Positions 17,755 to 25,735 of a stretch of DNA of 54,367 nt are shown here, piece by piece. The DNA comes from Bdellovibrionales bacterium (GTDB lineage Bacteria; Bdellovibrionota; Bdellovibrionia; Bdellovibrionales; JAMPXM01), in contig JAYUEN010000113.1 of NCBI GenBank assembly GCA_043739185.1, positions 1 through 54,367 on the forward strand, in the 5' to 3' direction. The first letter of the stretch is position 1. Each line of letters opens with the position of its first letter. The position numbers and the translations under genes were made by a program. The notes beneath the pieces were generated by a model, which was not told the origin of the DNA, did not search any database, and worked only from the letters and a program-made list of their open reading frames with translations.

Positions 17755-19585
17755 AGTGAACCGCAATTGAATCATTTGGACAGATCTCGATACAAACTCC
17801 ACAACGCATACAGCGATCTAAGTCTACTTTCAAATCACGTGACTCGGTATTGATCAGTTGAATTGCTGGGCAACCCAATTCTGAATAACATTTCGTACAA
17901 CTGCCACATTTCTCATTTTCAATTTTGAGCATTTTAGTTTTGCGACGCTTAATGGTTTCTTCGTCAGGCAAAAGCGCACAGTCACCCTTAACCCACAATA
18001 CCCGCACGCCTTTTGTATTCATTTCGACCTTGAGGCGATTTTCAAAACCAAGAGGATCAAATGCGTCTACCTCAAAAAAGCGATCCACACCAATACTTTC
18101 AAGAAGCTTGAGGTGGTCAAAGCGAGTGTCGGCAGATGGCGACTTTTGGTGCCCGGTCATTGCAATACTGCGATTATCAAATACCAAGTGCAGAAGATCT
18201 ATCTTGTTTACGACTGCACTCTGAAGAGAGGTAATCCCAGCATGAAAAAAACTACCTTCGCCACCGGTTGAAATGACTTTTTGATTTTTTAAAATTTGCG
18301 CCATTCCTTGAGAAATCCCGATCCCGGCATTCATACATAATAACCAATCAGCTCTTTGAGGAGGCAATGAAGAACAGCCGATATCGCCGCCAATGATGGT
18401 ATCCGTACCTTTGGTTACTTGATCAATTACGAAAAATGAAGAGCGGTGCGGACAGCCCTCGCAAAAAGTCCCAAGACGTTCTTGCACTTCTTGAGTTTTA
18501 AGAGTGGCCTTTGTTATGGCCAGGCCAAATTTTTCACTTAAAAATTCAAAGACCTGCTGAAAGCTAAGTTCACCATACGCTGGAAAAAATTCTTTGCCGT
18601 AAACCGCGCATTCCAATTCGTTGAACAATTTCATTTTGATTTGATTTTCAAGAAATCCATCTTGATCTTCGATAATCAAAATTTCCTTTTTAGTTTTTGC
18701 AAATTCTTTTAAACTTGCAGTGTGTAAAGGAAAAACCAAATCCATATTCAAAAGCTCAACTCTGGATTCAAGTCCTAGCCTTTTAATACTTTCAAAAGCA
18801 TGGCCAAAACCAACCCCTCTTGTGATCAGGCCAATTTCAGCCTCTGAATTGAAATAGCTTTGAGAAAAAGATTCTTGCTTTGAAAGCTGCATGAGCTTTT
18901 CAAGTTGTTTGCGATGATTAAAAACCGCTTTTTGCCCGACATTGATATAGCGAGCGGGATCTTTTTCAAAATAAAAGCGACGCTTTGAAGCCTGAGGATT
19001 TTTCGGAACATCAATTCGATCTGTGTGATGCGCAATTCGACTTGGGATGAAAATAAAAACCGGCAATTGATATTTCTCTGAAAGTTCGAAGGCTGCAATC
19101 GTATAGGTTTGAATGTCTCGAACATTTTTTGGCTCAAATAAGGGAAAGCCAACCTGCGGAACATACCAATGCGGATCTTCTTCACCCGTACTACTGTTGG
19201 CACCAGGATCGGTACCAACTACAATCACCATTCCACCTTTGACACCCGTCAAACCCAGATAATTAATCGGATCGGCCGCAATATTAAGTCCAACATGTTT
19301 CATGACGACCATTGAACGCGCGCCACAAAAACTTGCTCCAGCCGCAGCCAAAGTTGCAATATGTTCATTAAGTGAGTCATTAAAAATAATGTTGAGCTGT
19401 TGTTCGCGATCAATTTTCTTTAATATTGGTTCAACTAAATTAACCGGCGAGCCCGGATAATGACTGAAAAAATTCACTCCAGCTTCGACCGCAGCCCATG
19501 CCAATGCATCATTGCCTCTCGCAAATACTTCTTCGCGTTGCAGTCTAGCTGAACTCAATTCGTGCGATTCAGAAGATATTTGCAC
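17744..19585 (-). CDS. iorA: Indolepyruvate/2-oxoacid:ferredoxin oxidoreductase alpha subunit-like
   Basis: GNDALAWAA, YPGSP, MKHVGLNIAADP, FCEGCPHR, GDIGC, TPP motif GEGS...DN..AMTGHQ, and two C-terminal 4Fe-4S motifs. Confidence 0.92.
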   Translation of the reverse strand: MQISSESHELSSARLQREEVFARGNDALAWAAVEAGVNFFSHYPGSPVNLVEPILKKIDREQQLNIIFNDSLNEHIATLAAAGASFCGARSMVVMKHVGLNIAADPINYLGLTGVKGGMVIVVGTDPGANSSTGEEDPHWYVPQVGFPLFEPKNVRDIQTYTIAAFELSEKYQLPVFIFIPSRIAHHTDRIDVPKNPQASKRRFYFEKDPARYINVGQKAVFNHRKQLEKLMQLSKQESFSQSYFNSEAEIGLITRGVGFGHAFESIKRLGLESRVELLNMDLVFPLHTASLKEFAKTKKEILIIEDQDGFLENQIKMKLFNELECAVYGKEFFPAYGELSFQQVFEFLSEKFGLAITKATLKTQEVQERLGTFCEGCPHRSSFFVIDQVTKGTDTIIGGDIGCSSLPPQRADWLLCMNAGIGISQGMAQILKNQKVISTGGEGSFFHAGITSLQSAVVNKIDLLHLVFDNRSIAMTGHQKSPSADTRFDHLKLLESIGVDRFFEVDAFDPLGFENRLKVEMNTKGVRVLWVKGDCALLPDEETIKRRKTKMLKIENEKCGSCTKCYSELGCPAIQLINTESRDLKVDLDRCMRCGVCIEICPNDSIAVHYES

Positions 19586-20739
19586 TAGTGTGTCGCTTCT
19601 AACGGCTCTTGCCGAGGAAAACTGGTCTTTGTAAAAGACGGTGGAGCTAAACTAAGAAAGTTCGGGACAATTCGCCCGGGCAAAATTATATTGCCTCCCC
19701 CAATTTTTGCGCCATGCCCATAGGCAATGCCAAATAAATATTGTTTGGAATCGAGCCGCCCGCGAGAAGTCTCAATCTGAATACTTTTTTGATCGAGTCT
19801 CAAATCACAATTAATTACAGCCATCGCAGTAGCAGCCTTACCAAATATTGAAAATTGATATGGGCCGTGAATCAGAAAAACCTCATCATATGTCATGCAC
19901 GCATTGATCTGATTGCCGTTTGAGACGTAATTGTTTTTTCCCAGAACAGAGTATTTAACGAGTGTATGTTCCTCTAATGAAGTCCCAGAGCCCAGTTTCG
20001 ATACTCTAACAACTGAATAGGCTCCAATGGTTACATTGTCGCCAAGTTCACAGCCCTCTAAAATTGCCGTCGGGTGAATCTTACAATTTTTTCCTATTTT
20101 ATTTCTCAAGCTCAAGGCTCTGAAAAATAATTTCGAATTTGTCGCCAGCCAGCGTTTGATAATGAATTCAGGCAACAGAGTTCTTAAACCTACATAATTT
20201 AAAAATAAAAATGCCAGATTTGCCTGGAGCAAATGAAAGGGCGAGAGAATTTGAATTACAAAGGTATCGCATTGATCAAAAGAATAAAAACCTTCTTGTA
20301 AAATCTGTTTAGGAATTGAAATGCGATTTTCATAAATCTCTTGTGGAATATAAAAGTCTTGTGTGGCCGCAGAGGCTTTAACCCTATAGTAAAAACTAAA
20401 TTTCAAATTTTCTTCTTCAAGCAGGGACTGGGGCAAGCAATAGCGAGTATTGAAGGTATTTGGATTCAAACAAAAGCGTAGTGCCTGGTCTGGCAAAGTT
20501 CTCGAAGCTTTCAAAACTTTCTTCACAAAGTTTTTGGTGAAGACCAGATCATCTTCAAAAATAAAATAATGAGAGTCTAGAATTTCCTTTTCATTTGTTA
20601 CTTCAATAAGCTCAAAGCCCAATGCGTGAATAATTGAGTATTGCAGCTCTGCCAATGGCTTTTCGTAAACGGGTACTTCACCGATACGGTCGCCAAAACT
20701 AAAAAGATTTCGCCCGGTTTTGAGTCGATAAAATTTCAT
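19585..20739 (-). CDS. Left-handed beta-helix (hexapeptide repeat) transferase-like protein
   Basis: IGKNCKIHPTAIL..CELGDNVTIGAYSVV...LGKNNYV...GHGAKIGGG repeats; the N-terminal ~210 aa are unassigned. Confidence 0.75.
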   Translation of the reverse strand: MKFYRLKTGRNLFSFGDRIGEVPVYEKPLAELQYSIIHALGFELIEVTNEKEILDSHYFIFEDDLVFTKNFVKKVLKASRTLPDQALRFCLNPNTFNTRYCLPQSLLEEENLKFSFYYRVKASAATQDFYIPQEIYENRISIPKQILQEGFYSFDQCDTFVIQILSPFHLLQANLAFLFLNYVGLRTLLPEFIIKRWLATNSKLFFRALSLRNKIGKNCKIHPTAILEGCELGDNVTIGAYSVVRVSKLGSGTSLEEHTLVKYSVLGKNNYVSNGNQINACMTYDEVFLIHGPYQFSIFGKAATAMAVINCDLRLDQKSIQIETSRGRLDSKQYLFGIAYGHGAKIGGGNIILPGRIVPNFLSLAPPSFTKTSFPRQEPLEATH

Positions 20740-20748
20740 GACTTTTTA

Positions 20749-21153
20749 TTAAACATCCATAAGCTTACGGTTAACTAGGCCACAGAGTGATCGTACAGAA
20801 AATAAATATGGAATTTGATGCACCATAATCCCTGGCGTGAATTTTTCTTTTGAAACTTCGGGCATGAGTTCTTGCAAAACTCTGAGCCCCTCAGGCGTAA
20901 TTATATTATCTACGGCAAAAGGCAGTTCACCGAGTTGCGCTCTTGCGCTTTTTTCAAGCTCACCAATTTTTATTTCAATACTAAATTCGTCTTCAATTTG
21001 ATAAATCAAATCAATCATATCAATCGAATCGATACTCAAATCACCGATGAGAGTTTTATCTAAAGTCACGTCTTGGACTGAAAGGCCCGTCGCCTTGGTT
21101 ATGCAACGACGAACGCCACTGCTAATATGCTCAGGTGTTTCAACTGTCATCAT
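20749..21153 (-). CDS. Acyl carrier protein, elongated type
   Basis: DLSIDSIDMIDLIYQIEDEFSIEI phosphopantetheine motif; 134 aa with a long insert. Confidence 0.9.
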   Translation of the reverse strand: MMTVETPEHISSGVRRCITKATGLSVQDVTLDKTLIGDLSIDSIDMIDLIYQIEDEFSIEIKIGELEKSARAQLGELPFAVDNIITPEGLRVLQELMPEVSKEKFTPGIMVHQIPYLFSVRSLCGLVNRKLMDV

Positions 21154-21911
21154 AAACTAATTCCCCCATCGACATTTAATATATGACCCGTAATAAAAGA
21201 TCCGGTTTTTTCACTAGCGAGAAATAAAACGGCCTGGGCCACTTCGTTTGGAAGCCCCATCCGGTTGAGTGGAGTTCTTTCGAGTACAATCTCCCCGGCA
21301 CGATCCATCAAAGCTTTACTCATTTTAGTATCAATCGCCCCAGGTGCGACGGCGTTTATGCGAACACCTTTTCGGCCCAATTCGAGCGCCAAAATTTCAG
21401 TCATGCGATTCATTGCAGCTTTAGCCGCTCCATAGGCCGAAACACCTCGGCCGGTGGCCGAACCAACAATTGAAGAGATATTAACGACTGAGCCCTTTTT
21501 TTCTCGCAGCATATATTTACAAACTTTTTTAGTGAGTCGAGCGGTCATATTCAAATTGAAATCAATGCAACTCTGCCAATCTTCGTCTTCCATCATCAAA
21601 AATGGGACCTCGACCGCAGAACCAGCGTTGTTCACCAAAATATCAATACGCTTATATTTGGCGATCACCATTTCGATGCCGCTTTCAAGACTGGTTTGGT
21701 CCCCAATATCGATATCAAAAATTTCAAGAAGCATTTCATCAACCGCTTCGGTTTTCATCCAGGTTATTATTTCAGGCATTCGCTCTAAGCCGCCACGAAC
21801 AAAGCAAAGCACCTGCGCCCGCTCTTTTAAAAAAGCTTGCGCGATCGCCATACCAATACCGCCATTGGCACCTGTCAATAGTACAATTTGACGTTCAAGC
21901 CCGAGATCCAT
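21150..21911 (-). CDS. 3-oxoacyl-ACP reductase (FabG-like SDR)
   Basis: TGANGGIG, NNAG, YGAAK and NAVAPGAIDT. Confidence 0.92.
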   Translation of the reverse strand: MDLGLERQIVLLTGANGGIGMAIAQAFLKERAQVLCFVRGGLERMPEIITWMKTEAVDEMLLEIFDIDIGDQTSLESGIEMVIAKYKRIDILVNNAGSAVEVPFLMMEDEDWQSCIDFNLNMTARLTKKVCKYMLREKKGSVVNISSIVGSATGRGVSAYGAAKAAMNRMTEILALELGRKGVRINAVAPGAIDTKMSKALMDRAGEIVLERTPLNRMGLPNEVAQAVLFLASEKTGSFITGHILNVDGGISL

Positions 21912-21921
21912 AGTTTTGATC

Positions 21922-23199
21922 CTAAATTTTTTGAATGGCTAAGACCGTGTTTACTCCACCAAAAGCAAAGGAGTTTGACAAGGCCTTTCTAATTTCTTTA
22001 TTTTCGTTCTCATCCTGCACCAAGTGAAGCTTCGATTCTTCAATTGGGCGCGATAAATTACGCGTGCGGGGAATCAAATTTCTTTGCATACATATTGATA
22101 ACAAACAAAGCTCCATGATTCCTGCGGCGGCGATCATATGGCCATGTCGGTCCTTAGTTGAACTCACTGATATGTGTTTGGCATCGTCGCCAAATACTTC
22201 TTGAATTGCTTTTACCTCCAAAGGATCATTTGCGATGGTACCTGTTCCATGTAGATTAATATAGTCTACGTCTTTGCTTGACCAATTGCTCATGCGGAGG
22301 GCTTGCTCAATTGCTTTTTTCATTCCGCGAGCCTCCGGATCTGGTGCTGTGATTTTGTAGCCATCCAAGCTATTGCCAAAACCAGTTAGTTCTAATCTTG
22401 GTTCAAGGCGGCGAGATTTTACAAAGTTCTCAGAGGCCAAAACCATCAAGCCCGCACCCTCGCCAAGTAAGACGCTGCCGCGATTTTTATCTAGAGGCTT
22501 GCATATTTTATCGGGCGCCTCTGGGCTTGGCGAAATAATGCCAAGCTTTGAAAATGCGACCAAACCCAAGGTATTTAAAAGTGAATCTGTTCCTCCCACC
22601 AAGACAAGATCCATTTGATCGCGAAGAATGGCTTGCATTCCGAATGCGACGGCTTGGCTCGAAGCAGAGCATGCGGTCAAAGTAGACTTTTGAAAACCCG
22701 CGATTTTTAATTCCCGAGCCAAAATTATGCAGGCAACATCTAACGGATTTGCAATGATGTTCATACGATCACCGGTCGCATTTAAATCACGATACAAAGA
22801 TATAACGTCCTTGAACTCAGGCCGGCTCTGCATGAGATGATGCAGATTTTCGATGGGTGTAATATCAAGCCCCAATCCAAATATAAGACCGGCACGCTGC
22901 GGATTATGATCGCTAAAATAATTTTTCAAGCGCTCTTTCATGACACTATAACAAGCCAAAATCATTTCGAGCTTGCGGTCAAAATGGCACGCCTGCCTAA
23001 TTGGCTCTGAAAAGGCTTGAAGCCACGGCGATAGATTCTCTGTGATCTCGGCACCAAAGTCGCAGGCCAATCCCTCGGTTGAAAAGCGAGAAAGTTTTTT
23101 TGCTCCCGAATAATCACTTTGTAGCTTTTGCCAAGTCTCAATCTGACCAATACCAATTGAGCTCACCAAATCAAAATCAACCACGAAGACTCGACTCAT
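21922..23199 (-). CDS. Beta-ketoacyl-ACP synthase (FabF-like), catalytic triad intact
   Basis: TACSAS (Cys), HGTGT (His), K..HGH (His) and NSFAFGG.N. Confidence 0.93.
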   Translation of the reverse strand: MSRVFVVDFDLVSSIGIGQIETWQKLQSDYSGAKKLSRFSTEGLACDFGAEITENLSPWLQAFSEPIRQACHFDRKLEMILACYSVMKERLKNYFSDHNPQRAGLIFGLGLDITPIENLHHLMQSRPEFKDVISLYRDLNATGDRMNIIANPLDVACIILARELKIAGFQKSTLTACSASSQAVAFGMQAILRDQMDLVLVGGTDSLLNTLGLVAFSKLGIISPSPEAPDKICKPLDKNRGSVLLGEGAGLMVLASENFVKSRRLEPRLELTGFGNSLDGYKITAPDPEARGMKKAIEQALRMSNWSSKDVDYINLHGTGTIANDPLEVKAIQEVFGDDAKHISVSSTKDRHGHMIAAAGIMELCLLSICMQRNLIPRTRNLSRPIEESKLHLVQDENENKEIRKALSNSFAFGGVNTVLAIQKI

Positions 23200-24317
23200 T
23201 GGCCCACCTCAATCAAAGGCGCCCCAAGCTGAATACAACTTTCTCGAAAAAAGGTGTCGGTATTGAGACAATCCACTTCCGTTTGCCTATTCTCCTTAAT
23301 TAACTGAAAACCCAAAGCGATATTCAAAAGCACAGAAGCGCAGCCTGTATCACCTAAATTTTTGTAAGGACTCAAGCTTGAAGTCCAATGATTGCAAACC
23401 GCTTTTTGTTCTTCTAAAAAACTCTCTTGACTGGCTCCACCACTGTAGATTGCAAATTCTTGGGCATTGCTATGAAAGTCATAATAATATTTTTGACTTT
23501 CGTCCCGCTTAAAATCAGGCAGCGCCTCTTTAGTTTTCACCCCAAAGACTTCGCAAAGAGCTTTCAGCTTTTTAGTTCGCAAAGATTTTTCTGACTCAAG
23601 AATGAGGGCCACTGCGGCCGGACTCTCACAAAAGGATTGCCCCTCCGGACATAAACCCAAATTCATAAGCTGAGAATAAAATCCTCCTCCGCTTGAAGCC
23701 CCAATCACCACACGATCACTTTCGCCAAATTGAATGGCGTCAATGGCCTCTGAAAAAGCATAATAGCTTGCATGAGAAGTGCTGCCAAAACTCGTATTTT
23801 GTCCCCTGAAACCAAAAAGTTGTGCGGCATAAGCTTGCGCCGAATTGGTGAGGGCCTTCAGTGCAAAAAGCGGATGAATATCTCGACTGACTTGCTCATT
23901 TCTCTTTAAATCACTTGAAGACAAATGATCATTGATAAGTTCATAGATGCTCTGAATTTCTTCGGTCAAACCAGAAGCGCTCGCCCCAGTACTGACAAAC
24001 AGAGGGACCTCGGACCAATTCGATTCGCCATAGCTCTTCAACATTTTAGCCAAGCAGATACACATCGCAATAACATCTACTCGCATCGACTTTACGTCTT
24101 TTATTGAAGGATGGTGCGGATCTGAGGGATCCAATGAGAAATCCAAAGATTCAATCACTTTTTGTTTCGAGATTTTGACTTTATAATTTAGGTTGGTCTC
24201 GCGACTCGAATTATTTTCACTTTGTAAGTTTTTTTGCAAAAACTCACTTAAGCCTTGCGCCGGAGGCACAAGCACTTCAGCTGCAGTAATGAAAACTCGA
24301 TTTTTATGTGTATTCAT
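23196..24317 (-). CDS. Ketosynthase-like protein lacking catalytic residues (chain-length-factor-like partner)
   Basis: Thiolase-fold cues (RVFITA, HPLFALKALTNS...FGFRGQN, ESPAAVALILESE, LGDTG.AS), but STSHAS in place of TAC and no HGTGT. Confidence 0.7.
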   Translation of the reverse strand: MNTHKNRVFITAAEVLVPPAQGLSEFLQKNLQSENNSSRETNLNYKVKISKQKVIESLDFSLDPSDPHHPSIKDVKSMRVDVIAMCICLAKMLKSYGESNWSEVPLFVSTGASASGLTEEIQSIYELINDHLSSSDLKRNEQVSRDIHPLFALKALTNSAQAYAAQLFGFRGQNTSFGSTSHASYYAFSEAIDAIQFGESDRVVIGASSGGGFYSQLMNLGLCPEGQSFCESPAAVALILESEKSLRTKKLKALCEVFGVKTKEALPDFKRDESQKYYYDFHSNAQEFAIYSGGASQESFLEEQKAVCNHWTSSLSPYKNLGDTGCASVLLNIALGFQLIKENRQTEVDCLNTDTFFRESCIQLGAPLIEVGQ

Positions 24318-24813
24318 TCATCTTATGGCCATTAAATAAAAAATTCACATAGTTCGCTCGCTGCGAAAGTAGCTCTGGATTTTTCATTTTACTGCGCGGG
24401 AAAAATACCAATGAAATCTCTGCCGATGCCCTGAACTCCTTTTCAACCGAAACCGTTACGATTCCGCTGCCATAATTTTTTTCAAGACTCGTCAATTCCC
24501 CATGAATTTCCATGCGGTCACCTGGAATCAAAAACTTTTTGAATTTGGCTTTATTGAGCATACTCAAAATCGACCAAACTCCATCCTTGTTCTCGGGATA
24601 GACATCTGGATAAGTTTCCTCCATTAAAATGCCGAGTGCTTGGCACATAGCTTCGATGATCAGAACTCCGGGCACAATTGGCATCGTAGGAAAGTGATCG
24701 GCAAAAATATCTTCGGTTTGCGTCCAGCATTTGATCGCATCGATTGACTTATTTTTTTCAAGGTGGACAACGCGATCCAGCATATAAAAACGCATGCAAT
24801 AATTAGAAATCAC
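24304..24813 (-). CDS. 3-hydroxyacyl-ACP dehydratase (FabZ-like)
   Basis: FYMLDRV, F.DHFPTMPIVPGVLIIEAMCQ and KF...PGD. Start is GTG 24813 or ATG 24795. Confidence 0.92.
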   Translation of the reverse strand: MISNYCMRFYMLDRVVHLEKNKSIDAIKCWTQTEDIFADHFPTMPIVPGVLIIEAMCQALGILMEETYPDVYPENKDGVWSILSMLNKAKFKKFLIPGDRMEIHGELTSLEKNYGSGIVTVSVEKEFRASAEISLVFFPRSKMKNPELLSQRANYVNFLFNGHKMNEYT

Positions 24814-24931
24814 ATCACCCTACAAATCAATAGCGGAATTGAGGATTCTCTATCTCACATCAAGTCATTATTGAAGTCTCATTGAATACTTTCTAAAGCT
24901 TTGTTGAGATTCAATTCAGGAGCCTCACAAA

Positions 24932-25735
24932 ATGTTTAAAGACAGATCATGGAATTTTGTTAATTCAGGATTGATGCTCGGAATTCATTTGGCAGCACTT
25001 TCGGCTCTTTTTATGCCGATCCAGAAGTTTTATTTTATTTTATTTTTCGTGCATTATGTGTGGTTTGGCTATTCGAGTTCACTGTACTATCATCGCTGTC
25101 TCACGCATCGTTCATTTGAAATTTCAACTCCCCTTCATATCTTTTTTCTTTTAGGTGGTCTCATCGGACTAGGGGGTGATCCCATCAGTTGGGTCGCTAT
25201 CCATCGCTATCACCATGCACACGCCGATCAGGACGACGATGCACACAGCCCACAAAAGGGCTTTTGGTACGCCTATTTGCTATGGCAAATGAAAATGGAT
25301 ATGAAACAAATTCAGCTTTGGCAAAAAGCTTGCGATGATTTGAGAAAATTTTGGTTCATTCGCCTTGCACAAGGAAATTTGCCCACTCTTATCGTTCATT
25401 CAATCTACGCCTTAATGATTTATCATTTGTTTGGAGGAGCCGCTCTTCTCTTCGGATTTTATTTGCCTCTAGTCTTAAGTTATCAATTTTTTTGGATGCT
25501 CATCGCCTCTTTGTGCCATCATTCAAAATTTGGAGTGCGCGCCGCAAATACAAAGGATCAAAGTCGAAATATCTGGTGGCTAGGACCTTTCAGCTTCGGC
25601 GAATCCTTTCACAACAATCACCATGAAATGCCAAAAAAACTACGCGTCGGAAAACGTTGGTTCGAATGGGATCTTACGGCCAGGACTGTAGAGCTTTTAG
25701 AGAGTATCGGCTTAGCCAAATCAATTGTCCGTTAA
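24932..25735 (+). CDS. Membrane fatty-acyl desaturase (delta-9/stearoyl-CoA desaturase family)
   Basis: His boxes HRCLTH, HRYHH and GESFHNNHH, plus D.HSP; AGGAG SD. Confidence 0.93.
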   Translation: MFKDRSWNFVNSGLMLGIHLAALSALFMPIQKFYFILFFVHYVWFGYSSSLYYHRCLTHRSFEISTPLHIFFLLGGLIGLGGDPISWVAIHRYHHAHADQDDDAHSPQKGFWYAYLLWQMKMDMKQIQLWQKACDDLRKFWFIRLAQGNLPTLIVHSIYALMIYHLFGGAALLFGFYLPLVLSYQFFWMLIASLCHHSKFGVRAANTKDQSRNIWWLGPFSFGESFHNNHHEMPKKLRVGKRWFEWDLTARTVELLESIGLAKSIVR

